Source of the DNA: a bacterium
Lineage (GTDB): Bacteria > SAR324 > NAC60-12
Length of the DNA stretch: 64,000 nt
Reading direction: 5' to 3'
NCBI GenBank assembly: GCA_965209155.1
Contig: OZ242383.1
Coordinates: forward strand, 1,504,001-1,568,000
Below the pieces are notes generated by a model. It saw nothing but the letters and a program-made list of their open reading frames with translations. It did no database searches and was not told the origin of the DNA. Shown in pieces: positions 22,303 to 30,934 of this stretch. Each line of letters begins with the position of its first letter. Position 1 is the first letter of the stretch. The translations under genes and the position numbers were made by a program.

Positions 22303-23238
22303 TTATGCTCCAACATAGTCACTCTCGATCAAACCAATTGCATCCTGTTCATCCAAATCACGGTTTCTTATAAGTTGCTTCAGCCCACTCGTTTCAGACC
22401 AACTGTAAAGGCCGTTACTCGCGATTTCGATTGTAGAAAGGCGATCAATCATGTCATTCTCGTCCAGCAGAAAAACTCTTCCCGGAGAACCTGGTTCATG
22501 CGCAAGCGTCTCGAAGGAAAGGGTTCGCGCTTTGGTATAACGTGACCAGAAATGGGTGATTGCAAGACAAAACAAGCCTGGTCTGAGTGAAGGCTTCGGC
22601 CCTCGAATGAAGCGGAATCCATCTCGCTTCCCGATAGGTTTGATCAAACCAAGTTCCATCAGTGGGGACTCCAGAGTATCTTCATAACTCGTCTTTGTTG
22701 ATGGCAAGGGCGATATATAGGTTCGCACAAAACATGCAACGTCTTTCTTTATCGTAGCAGAAGACGTCCGTGGCCACCCACGATCATTCGCAAGTTTTTC
22801 CAGGCTCCTGGCAAGCATGTCGCGATCGAATGATGGTGCTGGAAAATAATTGAATGCCCAAAACCATGTGGTCTTATGCGGTTGACCGCAGAGTTGCCAG
22901 TGAATGAGCCATGTAGTATCCGGGTGCTCCATGTAAGGGTCAAGACCCCCTTCGGCAAATAAGCGCCGGCCAAGTGATGTGGTGATCAAACGACCGGACT
23001 GTTCTTTGATGATGCCCGTCGCAATCGCCCAGTGCCGGATAGAGGCAACCATGTTCTTACCGACGCCGAACCGCGCGATGGCATCGTCTGCGGAGAAAAC
23101 CGATTTGTTGTTCTTGTCGCTTTCGGTTTCCCGAACGGCGTCGAAGGCTTTCTTGAGCCATCCGTACCGGAGCGGAAAGGTCTCGTGCCCTGACAACTGT
23201 GGTTGGTAGTTGTCTTTGTAAAGGGAACCTCGTAGCAT
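22303..23238 (-). CDS. sspB: SspB (DUF4007) nickase
   Basis: SGHETFPLRYGWLKK and FGVGKNMV signatures of DUF4007; start ATG 23238 after GGAGAG. Confidence 0.85.
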   Translation of the reverse strand: MLRGSLYKDNYQPQLSGHETFPLRYGWLKKAFDAVRETESDKNNKSVFSADDAIARFGVGKNMVASIRHWAIATGIIKEQSGRLITTSLGRRLFAEGGLDPYMEHPDTTWLIHWQLCGQPHKTTWFWAFNYFPAPSFDRDMLARSLEKLANDRGWPRTSSATIKKDVACFVRTYISPLPSTKTSYEDTLESPLMELGLIKPIGKRDGFRFIRGPKPSLRPGLFCLAITHFWSRYTKARTLSFETLAHEPGSPGRVFLLDENDMIDRLSTIEIASNGLYSWSETSGLKQLIRNRDLDEQDAIGLIESDYVGA

Positions 23239-23266
23239 AGTCTCTCCATCAGGTAAAACATCCAAT

Positions 23267-23298
23267 TTGACAATACGTATTTTTTTTTTTAGTGTCAA
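23267..23298. promoter_or_regulatory. Overlapping divergent sigma70-like promoters for sspA and sspBCD sharing a T11 tract
   Basis: Plus strand TTGACA-17 bp-TAGTGT; minus strand TTGACA-17 bp-TATTGT; T11 at 23280-23290. Confidence 0.6.
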
Positions 23299-23331
23299 TG
23301 ACAAACTAACGGCAGTTTCCAAGAGCAACGT

Positions 23332-24507
23332 ATGGACAACCGAAAGACCATCTACGCGGATTATCAGGCGACCACACCGATTGATCCGCAAGTCTTGAAA
23401 AAGATGGCTCCTTGCTGGGGGAGATTATTCGGTAACCCCCACTCGAGTGATCATGTCATCGGGTGGAGAGCTGACGAAGCCGTTCGCGAAGCTACGGAAT
23501 CCGTAGCGGCCTTGATAGGAGCCGATGCCGATGAGGTGATTTTCACTTCCGGAGCCACTGAGGCCAATAATCTCGCATTACTCGGTCTTGGCCGACGCGC
23601 CACGAGCGGACGTCGGCGTATATTGGTGAGCGCAATCGAGCACAAGTGTGTCTTAGGAGCAGCGCGAGCATTGAGCGAACGTGAAGGAATTACCGTCGAG
23701 ACTATTTCAGTCGACAGCGAAGGATTTGTCGACTTTAACGTGTTGGAAGAACGCTTGAATGGAGATGTGCTCCTCCTTTCACTAATGGCGGTAAACAACG
23801 AAGTCGGAACCATTCAAGACATCCCGAGGATTGCTAAACTACTCATACCCTATGGAATTTTGTTTCATTGTGATGCTGCGCAAGCTCCTTGTGGAATGGA
23901 TGTGAGTGATCTTGCCTCTCATGCCGACCTGATCAGCCTTTCAGCACACAAAATGTATGGACCACAGGGCATCGGCGCATTGTATATCCGCCGTGATTTC
24001 AAGGAGTTGATCGAACCATTGATTTATGGTGGTGGACAGCAAGAGGGTTTACGTTCCGGCACCATCCCGATGCCGCTTTGCGTGGGTATGGCGACGGCAG
24101 CTGGGATTATTACTGGAGAAAAAGCGACCAAAGAACGCACACGCGTTGCTCAGCACCGTGATGCGTTTATTCGTCTGCTGCAAGGCGGTAATTTTCCGAT
24201 CACCATCAATGGGACAACCGGCACGCGACGTCATCCGGGTAATGCTAACATCTGTTTTGACGGATTCCATGCGCAAGACATCCTTGGTGTCCTTCAACCG
24301 CAACTTGCTGCATCCACTGGCGCTGCTTGCGCTTCCGGTATTCCCGAACCATCGCACGTACTTCACTCACTCGGACTGACAAGTGCGCAGAGCGATTCTT
24401 CCATTCGCTTCAGCTTTGGCCGTTTCACCTCCTACGAAGATATCGAGATCGCGACACGTCTGGTGGGAGAAGCCCTTGCTACACTTTCCGAGGAAACAAA
24501 GTATTGA
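23332..24507 (+). CDS. sspA: SspA cysteine desulfurase (IscS/DndA-like)
   Basis: DYQATTP, GNPHS, TSGATE, HCDAAQ, SAHKMYGPQG and catalytic STGAACASG; divergent from sspB. Confidence 0.85.
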   Translation: MDNRKTIYADYQATTPIDPQVLKKMAPCWGRLFGNPHSSDHVIGWRADEAVREATESVAALIGADADEVIFTSGATEANNLALLGLGRRATSGRRRILVSAIEHKCVLGAARALSEREGITVETISVDSEGFVDFNVLEERLNGDVLLLSLMAVNNEVGTIQDIPRIAKLLIPYGILFHCDAAQAPCGMDVSDLASHADLISLSAHKMYGPQGIGALYIRRDFKELIEPLIYGGGQQEGLRSGTIPMPLCVGMATAAGIITGEKATKERTRVAQHRDAFIRLLQGGNFPITINGTTGTRRHPGNANICFDGFHAQDILGVLQPQLAASTGAACASGIPEPSHVLHSLGLTSAQSDSSIRFSFGRFTSYEDIEIATRLVGEALATLSEETKY

Positions 24508-24613
24508 ATCGCATGATTCTTCTTGAACAGCCATAAATACGCCCTCTTGATAATGTGATAAGAGACAGCGTAAACAAACAACTTTCCTATTCACGATTAA
24601 TCAATGGAGAATC

Positions 24614-24775
24614 ATGGTAAAAGAAAAATCACAAAAAACAAAAATACATAATTTACCATTTGGAGGATTTTGGGTTGATCCTAAAGATATTGTTTTAAGT
24701 GAAAAGGGGCAAAAAATTATAGAGCAAATAGCTAAGATCCCGGTTGAGAAACAAAAAACTAAAGTTGAAGATTAG
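24614..24775 (+). CDS. Small hypothetical protein (53 aa)
   Basis: GGAG RBS; MVKEKSQKTKIHNLPFGGFWVDPKDIV...; AT-rich; absent from the ORF track. Confidence 0.4.
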   Translation: MVKEKSQKTKIHNLPFGGFWVDPKDIVLSEKGQKIIEQIAKIPVEKQKTKVED

Positions 24776-24780
24776 AGTTT

Positions 24781-24930
24781 ATGGGATTTGGTTTACTATT
24801 TCTTGCTTTATTAGGCGGATATATTTTTAACAGATGGTGTAAGTTATTTTGTTATTCTGTAAATCGAGATACTGGTTACAATCTTCTTTTTAAATCAGCA
24901 TCAGCCGGTGTTTTTTTAACAATTGAATAA
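24781..24930 (+). pseudogene. Short hydrophobic ORF, probably a truncated membrane-protein gene
   Basis: MGFGLLFLALLGGYIFNRW...GYNLLFKSASAGVFLTIE* (49 aa). Confidence 0.3.
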
Positions 24931-25122
24931 TTCTTCAGCAACTCGAAAACAGTGTTGCTTCGCCTGGTTCTTCGATTTGAATTGATTGCCGGAGTGGGTG
25001 AATGATAGGATCCCACTCCGTCAGGTTATGCATCGTGACCCAATTCAAGGGACGGTTCCCAGAGATTTTGACGGTTTTGAGACTTGTAAACGCAAAGAAT
25101 ACACCTGAAAGGAGAAACGCAA

Positions 25123-25446
25123 ATGCCACAATACGTAATTGTTTATCTGGGCGGCGACCCGCCATCGAGCCCGGAGGAAGGAAAGCAACATTTCGCGAAG
25201 TATAAAGAATGGCTCGCTTCATTGGGCGACTCGGCGGTCAGTCCCGCAAATCCGCTCAAGGACACGAACACGGTGAACTCCGATCGAAGCGTTACCACCG
25301 GGAGTACGATTTCCATGTCCGGATACACTATTGTTGAAGTGGATTCTATGGAAGCGGCGTTGTCGATTGCCAAGGCATGTCCTTTTCTCGATATCGGAGG
25401 GTCCCTTGAAGTATCCGAGTTGATACCAATGCGGGATCCCATGTAA
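25123..25446 (+). CDS. YCII-related protein
   Basis: SGYTIVEVDSMEAALSIAKACP...GGSLEVSE pattern; AGGAG RBS. Confidence 0.7.
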   Translation: MPQYVIVYLGGDPPSSPEEGKQHFAKYKEWLASLGDSAVSPANPLKDTNTVNSDRSVTTGSTISMSGYTIVEVDSMEAALSIAKACPFLDIGGSLEVSELIPMRDPM

Positions 25447-25521
25447 AGTCCCCCATCGAGTTCCATGAACGTGATTTTCCACAAGCATGATGGGGTTGCG
25501 TAAAAACCGCGCACCTGCATC

Positions 25522-26226
25522 ATGGATTTCCCTTGCATCCATAAAATCTATATGAAGCCATTGCCGGATTCTTTTTATGACCGGGATGCGCAAGTCGTTG
25601 CCCGGGAATTGTTGGGGAAGGTCATCCGGCACCACTGCCAGGGTCTCTGGTTGTCTGCCATGATTGTGGAAACGGAAGCCTATTATCAACGAGAAAAAGG
25701 CAGCCATGCGTCACTGGGATTCACTGAAAAAAGAAAAGCCCTTTTTATGGCGCCTGCTACCATCTACATGTACTACGCACGGGGTGGCGATTCGTTGAAT
25801 GTGAGTTGCCGGGGAGCAGGAAATGCCGTGTTGATCAAAGCGGGTTGTCCCTACTGCGATGAGACGACGCCACCTCAAATGATGCAAGTGATGCAGCAAC
25901 GCAATCCCCGGAACAACAGCAACCTGCCCCGGAGATCGAGTCGATTGTGCTCCGGACAAACCCTGCTTTGTCGATCACTGGGGCTCCGGGTCCCGGATTG
26001 GGATCAAAAATCTTTCGATCCCACCCGTTTTTTTATGGAAGACGTTGGATATCACCCCAAAAAACTGATTCAAACCCGCCGTTTGGGAATCCCCAAGGGA
26101 CGCGATGAACATTTGCTTTATCGATGGATCGATTTCGATAAAGCCGCTTCTGCCACAGACAACCCCTTGAGTAAAAGAACCTGGAAAGAAGGGAGAGATT
26201 ACAAAATCCGGCGAGGCATGTTTTGA
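25522..26226 (+). CDS. mpg: DNA-3-methyladenine glycosylase (AAG/MPG family)
   Basis: FYDRDAQVVARELLGK, IVETEAY, YMY, LNV, AVLI and RLGI motifs. Confidence 0.88.
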   Translation: MDFPCIHKIYMKPLPDSFYDRDAQVVARELLGKVIRHHCQGLWLSAMIVETEAYYQREKGSHASLGFTEKRKALFMAPATIYMYYARGGDSLNVSCRGAGNAVLIKAGCPYCDETTPPQMMQVMQQRNPRNNSNLPRRSSRLCSGQTLLCRSLGLRVPDWDQKSFDPTRFFMEDVGYHPKKLIQTRRLGIPKGRDEHLLYRWIDFDKAASATDNPLSKRTWKEGRDYKIRRGMF

Positions 26227-26263
26227 AGGAATTTCCGCTCGAGTCGATTCTCCGATGAGCTTG

Positions 26264-26542
26264 TTACATTCCTCCTGCAATGGACGGAACAATTTGGATA
26301 TTGTCTCCGGGTTCGATCCTGGTGTCCAGGTTCTGCGCGTTGCGAATGTCTTCATCATTGAGGTAAACATTGATGAAACTGCGCACTTTTCCGTTCTCTT
26401 CATAAAGGTGCTGTTTCAGCTCCTGGTATTGTTGGCATAACCCCTCGAAGGCTTCGCCCACGGTGGAGCCTTCCACGACGATTTCGTCCTGGTTGTTCGT
26501 GTATTTTTGCAATGCCGAGGGTATTTCGATGATGGCAGACAT
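26264..26542 (-). CDS. MoaD/ThiS-family sulfur carrier (CysO-like)
   Basis: FINVYLNDEDIR and C-terminal PSIAGG plus one extra residue (M). Confidence 0.85.
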   Translation of the reverse strand: MSAIIEIPSALQKYTNNQDEIVVEGSTVGEAFEGLCQQYQELKQHLYEENGKVRSFINVYLNDEDIRNAQNLDTRIEPGDNIQIVPSIAGGM

Positions 26543-26579
26543 AGATTTCCTTGAATTTTAAAGTTAACGGGGCTTCAGC

Positions 26580-27509
26580 TTATTCATCCCAAAAGCGTTC
26601 TTCAAGATATTTATCACCATTGTCCGGGATAATCGTGACCACCGTGCCCTCGGGATGTTCCCTGGCTACCTGGAGGGCGCACTCCACGGCCGCCCCTCCC
26701 GAGACTCCAATCAACATGCCTTCTTGCAGCGCCATGGCTTTTACCATGTGGTAGGCATCCTCGGTGCGACACGTCATTTTCCGGTCTGCAAAGTGGGGGT
26801 CGTAAATCCTGGGTACAAGGGCCGTATCCATGTGCTTCAATCCTTCCAAGCCGTGAAAGGGCGAATCGGGTTGCACTTCGTATACCTGGATTTGCGGATT
26901 GATCGACTTCAAGTAACGTCCCACTCCCATGAAAGTCCCGGAAGTCCCCAAAGTGGCTACAAAATGACTGACCCGGCTCCGGGTTTGCTCGATGATTTCA
27001 GGACCTGTTGTTTGAAAATGCGCTTTCCAGTTGTTCTCGTTGCTGTACTGGTCGGGATAATAGTATTCCTCCGGATTTTCGGCATAGAGTTTGCGCACCG
27101 CTTCGATGGCGCCATCCGATCCTCTCAATGGATCAGTCAAAACGAGCTCAGCCCCGTAAACCCGCAAGATGCGGATTCGGGAAGCAGTGACGTTGCCGGG
27201 AATGCACAGTTTGACTTTATAACCCAGCAAGGTCCCAATCATCGCATAGGCGATCCCCGTGTTCCCGGAAGTTGCATCGAGAATGGTTTTCTCTGCAGTC
27301 AATTCTCCCGAATCAATGGCGCTTCGTACCATTTGCAGGGCAGCGCGATCTTTCACGGAACGCCCCGGATTGTACCACTCTGCTTTGACGTACAAATTTC
27401 CTCGAGGGCAGATTTTCGCCAAACGCAACAGGGGCGTGTTTCCTATCGATTTCAGGTAATTGACACCGACGCCATTGTCATTTACATTCATCTTGGGAGT
27501 TTTTACCAA
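26580..27509 (-). CDS. cysM: Cysteine synthase (CysM-like)
   Basis: IGNTPL, NPGRSVKDR (PLP lysine), ATSGNTG, GTSGT and GVSGGA motifs. Confidence 0.85.
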   Translation of the reverse strand: MVKTPKMNVNDNGVGVNYLKSIGNTPLLRLAKICPRGNLYVKAEWYNPGRSVKDRAALQMVRSAIDSGELTAEKTILDATSGNTGIAYAMIGTLLGYKVKLCIPGNVTASRIRILRVYGAELVLTDPLRGSDGAIEAVRKLYAENPEEYYYPDQYSNENNWKAHFQTTGPEIIEQTRSRVSHFVATLGTSGTFMGVGRYLKSINPQIQVYEVQPDSPFHGLEGLKHMDTALVPRIYDPHFADRKMTCRTEDAYHMVKAMALQEGMLIGVSGGAAVECALQVAREHPEGTVVTIIPDNGDKYLEERFWDE

Positions 27510-27559
27510 TATGCAATGATTGAAACACCACGGTTGCAGTGATCCTTTTGTTTTAAAAT

Positions 27560-27728
27560 GCGAATCAGGGGTTGAAATTTAATTTATAAAATCAATTATT
27601 TAATTATTGTGATGTGTCATGCCGGTCCCGGATCAAGTACAGGATGATCCGGCATCCAAAATATCGCCCGTATCCCCCTGGATTCCTGGTCAAGCCAGGA
27701 ATGACACGTTTTTGAACTCCTGATTCAC
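27560..27728. repeat. REP/MITE-like palindromic element
   Basis: Ends G(C/T)GAATCAGG...CCTGATTCAC; internal hairpin ATTCCTGG-TCAAG-CCAGGAAT; near-identical to copies at 38738-39016. Confidence 0.75.
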
Positions 27729-27861
27729 GTTTTTTAAAAGAACCATTTACTGCCTCTTTTTTCAATATTTCGGATGTTCGGAACCCGGTACGGGAGTATC
27801 ACTATTTTGAAGCAAACGCGTTTATTTTGCAACACCGATCGTCAAGAGCGACAAAGACACC

Positions 27862-29274
27862 ATGCGGGACTTTGATTTTTTTGAACAATTGCAGCATCAT
27901 TTGTCGGGTCTCCCAGAATACTCTCGATTGCAAAGATATAAATCTTCCACAATCACTTCACCTGCTGTCCCGGATCGAGGGGCGCTTTATGCCGCTTACC
28001 TGGACACGCTCTTGAACCTGCTGGAGATTCCCCACAACTTGGCCTCGGCACACAAGGAATTGTACAGCCTCTATCACTTGATACACAAGGTCGATCCTTA
28101 CTACTTCACCAACGAGATGCTTTCCGATGCGCTTTCCCAGTGCTATTCTCTGAGCTTGCACCAGCGCAATCTTTTGCTCAGGTTCCTCGTTGCGTTTTTT
28201 GAGGTACTGGGACAATCCAAATTTTGCAATACAGGCAATTTTCAACTCGGTGACGAGGAATGGGAAAAATGGCATAGCGCTCTACCAGGGAGCAATGCCT
28301 GGAAAGTCGCTGGTATGCTCCAGGATCAGGGTGCTGGAATTGCCGCCAGCCGGTCCGGATATCGAGCCTGGCATCGCTATAAAAATGGCACCGTGCCGAA
28401 AAATATCAACGACTCCACACCCTGGCAGCAGCTTTGCGAGAACTGGGCTGAAACGATTGATGAATCCCCAATTTATGCGGATTTGCTGGCCCAGGCATTT
28501 TCCGGAGACCTGTCTCACCTGGGAATCCAGGGATATTGCGGCGAAACACCGGCTTGTACCCGCTGCCCTCTGCAAACTACTTGTCTGTGGAATAACGGGA
28601 CCGTAGAAGGTTCGGAAGAGGAACCCTTGCAGGTCGTCATCCAGAAGGAAAAAATGGATGAACTGTCCACCGCGACTTTGGCTGCCTGGCTTTTTGACCT
28701 TTCACCAGGGGATAGCGAGATTTTGCATGGCCAGCTTTCCGACCCCAAAATCGGCTCTGCCAATCCCTTGCGCGTTTTGGAGCTTAAAACGGTATCTGAA
28801 TTGGGACAAATTTTACCAAAGGTGAAAGGTTTTGGAGAAAAACTGAAAGCGCTCTTGGAACTATCCAAGCGTTACAACGAAGAAAGATTGGTTCCCGGAG
28901 ATCTTTTCAGTTGCAGCAGGGATATTTTTCAACATTTCCGCTTCCAGCTTCGTGACCTCAAGCAGGAAGTTTTCATCCTGGTTCTCCTCGACAACAAACA
29001 CCAGTACCTCAGTGAAAAAGAAATCACCAAGGGAATTCTCAATCGAAGCCTGGTCCATCCCAGGGAAGTCTTCAGCGAAGCCATCAAAAGCCGGGCGGCA
29101 GCGATTGTCTGCGTACACAATCACCCTTCAGGAGATCCCAAAGCCTCGGAGGACGATATTCAAATCACGCGACGCCTGCTGGAAGTGGGAAAAATCGTTG
29201 GGATACCTTTGTTGGATCATATCATTGTCGGCAACGATCGTCATTTCAGCCTGGCCGATGAAGGTTTGTTATGA
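27862..29274 (+). CDS. radC: RadC-family JAB-domain protein with a long N-terminal extension
   Basis: C-terminal QEVF.L.LD, VHPREVF and HNHPSGDP..S.DD..LLDH; extra N-terminal region with CGETPACTRCPLQTTC. Confidence 0.8.
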   Translation: MRDFDFFEQLQHHLSGLPEYSRLQRYKSSTITSPAVPDRGALYAAYLDTLLNLLEIPHNLASAHKELYSLYHLIHKVDPYYFTNEMLSDALSQCYSLSLHQRNLLLRFLVAFFEVLGQSKFCNTGNFQLGDEEWEKWHSALPGSNAWKVAGMLQDQGAGIAASRSGYRAWHRYKNGTVPKNINDSTPWQQLCENWAETIDESPIYADLLAQAFSGDLSHLGIQGYCGETPACTRCPLQTTCLWNNGTVEGSEEEPLQVVIQKEKMDELSTATLAAWLFDLSPGDSEILHGQLSDPKIGSANPLRVLELKTVSELGQILPKVKGFGEKLKALLELSKRYNEERLVPGDLFSCSRDIFQHFRFQLRDLKQEVFILVLLDNKHQYLSEKEITKGILNRSLVHPREVFSEAIKSRAAAIVCVHNHPSGDPKASEDDIQITRRLLEVGKIVGIPLLDHIIVGNDRHFSLADEGLL

Positions 29275-29855
29275 AAAACCCGCAGGATTATTATTTCCAC
29301 AAAGCGAAAAAAGAAGGTTACGTCGCCCGTTCTGTTTACAAGTTGCAGGAAATCGACCTGAAACACCATCTTTTGAAAAAACGTGACCGGGTTTTTGACC
29401 TGGGATGCGCGCCAGGGTCGTGGTTGCAATACACGGCCCGCAAAGTCGGTCCCCAAGGCATCGTGTTGGGAATGGACGTCACGCCGGTGACCGTCGATCT
29501 CCCTCCCCACGTCAGTCTGCTGCAACACGACGTCCTCCAATACCAACCCGCAGAAAAATATTTTCAGTATTTTGATGTCGTTCTCAGTGATATGGCGCCT
29601 CGCACTACAGGAATTGCTTCCGTCGATTCCCAGCGTTCTTACAACTTGTGTGAACAGGCCCTCCACCTGGCAACGCAGGTTCTCAGACCGGGAGGCTCAT
29701 TGCTGGTTAAAATGCTTCAAGGAGGCTTGTTGCCGCAGCTTCGCCTGGAGTTTAAAAATCGCTTTATGAACGTCAAAACATGTAAACCCCACAGTTCCCG
29801 CCAGCAGAGCGTGGAGACTTTTCTCCTCGGGAAAGGCTTTCGTCGTCCTGGATGA
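29271..29855 (+). CDS. rlmE: 23S rRNA Um2552 methyltransferase
   Basis: GYVARSVYKL, DLGCAPGSW, VLSDMAP and KPHSSR motifs. Confidence 0.9.
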   Translation: MKNPQDYYFHKAKKEGYVARSVYKLQEIDLKHHLLKKRDRVFDLGCAPGSWLQYTARKVGPQGIVLGMDVTPVTVDLPPHVSLLQHDVLQYQPAEKYFQYFDVVLSDMAPRTTGIASVDSQRSYNLCEQALHLATQVLRPGGSLLVKMLQGGLLPQLRLEFKNRFMNVKTCKPHSSRQQSVETFLLGKGFRRPG

Positions 29856-29952
29856 ATTTTTAATAACGTCGTTTGCCTCTTTGATTTCAACAAGGTAAAA
29901 AACGAATAAGCTGAAAACAAACCCCGGAAAATTTTTATTTCAGTAATGGCCA

Positions 29953-30915
29953 ATGTCAGCAATTTTATTACGTGCCCGAGAAACACTCCTCGCAGAAATC
30001 GAGGGTATCCAAAGTCTGGTGGAGCGCCTGGATGACCTTTTTGAAAAGGCAGTGGACCTCTTGTTCACCTGCCGGGGAAACGTAATATGCCTGGGAATGG
30101 GAAAAAGTGGAATAATCGGGCAAAAGATTGCCGCCACTTTGACCAGCACAGGCACCCCTGCCATATTTTTACACCCTGCCGAATGTTACCATGGGGACCT
30201 GGGGTTGATCACCAAAAGGGACGTGGTTTTAGTCATTTCCAACAGTGGTGAAACTGAAGAAATCGTCAAAATACTGGGACATATCCAGGCATTGGGCATT
30301 CCACTGGTTGCTATCACAGGCAATGCCGATTCGACCCTGGCCCTCAATGCCACTGCCCACCTTTGTATTGCAGTTGATAAAGAAGCATGTCCCCTGGGGC
30401 TGACGCCGACAACCAGTACCACGGCTTCTCTGGCATTGGGCGATGCCCTGGCCATGTGTCTTTTGGAGAAACGGCAATTCAAGGAGGAAGACTTTGCGGT
30501 TTTTCATCCCGGAGGCAGTCTGGGTAAAAAATTGACCATCACCGTCGCAGACCTGATGGTCTCCGGGGATCGCTTGCCTTTCGTGGATGAAAACACGTTG
30601 GTGCGTGAAACAATCCACCAGCTTTCGGAAAAACAACTGGGAATTGTGGTGGTGCTCGATGAGGTAAAAGAACTGGCAGGGGTTTTTACCGTCGGGGATT
30701 TAATGCGTTTGATCGAAAAGCAAAATGATTTCTTAGACCATCCGATTTCAAATTTCATGACGAGCAATCCGAAGGTCTCGAATCCCCAGGATTTGGCTGC
30801 CAAAGCCCTGCACGTCATGGAAGTCCATTCGATTACCTGCCTGGTTGTCGTCGAGAATAAACTGCCCGTAGGCGTCCTGCAAATTTATGATATCCTGCGT
30901 GCAGGCGTGTATTGA
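29953..30915 (+). CDS. kdsD: Arabinose-5-phosphate isomerase (KpsF/GutQ; SIS + CBS domains)
   Basis: GMGKSG, HGDLG, SNSGET, PTTST and FHPGGSLG motifs. Confidence 0.9.
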   Translation: MSAILLRARETLLAEIEGIQSLVERLDDLFEKAVDLLFTCRGNVICLGMGKSGIIGQKIAATLTSTGTPAIFLHPAECYHGDLGLITKRDVVLVISNSGETEEIVKILGHIQALGIPLVAITGNADSTLALNATAHLCIAVDKEACPLGLTPTTSTTASLALGDALAMCLLEKRQFKEEDFAVFHPGGSLGKKLTITVADLMVSGDRLPFVDENTLVRETIHQLSEKQLGIVVVLDEVKELAGVFTVGDLMRLIEKQNDFLDHPISNFMTSNPKVSNPQDLAAKALHVMEVHSITCLVVVENKLPVGVLQIYDILRAGVY

Positions 30916-30934
30916 ATCACGAAGGTAGAAAAAA

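Noticed and set aside
23239..23391. Long N-terminal extension of SspB in the ORF track
   Set aside because: It overlaps the sspA start and the promoter region; ATG 23238 has a clear RBS.
18056..24507. BREX or Dnd assignment of the DUF4007/ATPase/PAPS-reductase/desulfurase cluster
   Set aside because: No PglZ, PglX or BrxL and no DndB/D/E-like genes are present; the gene set with a DUF262-DUF1524 partner fits Ssp.
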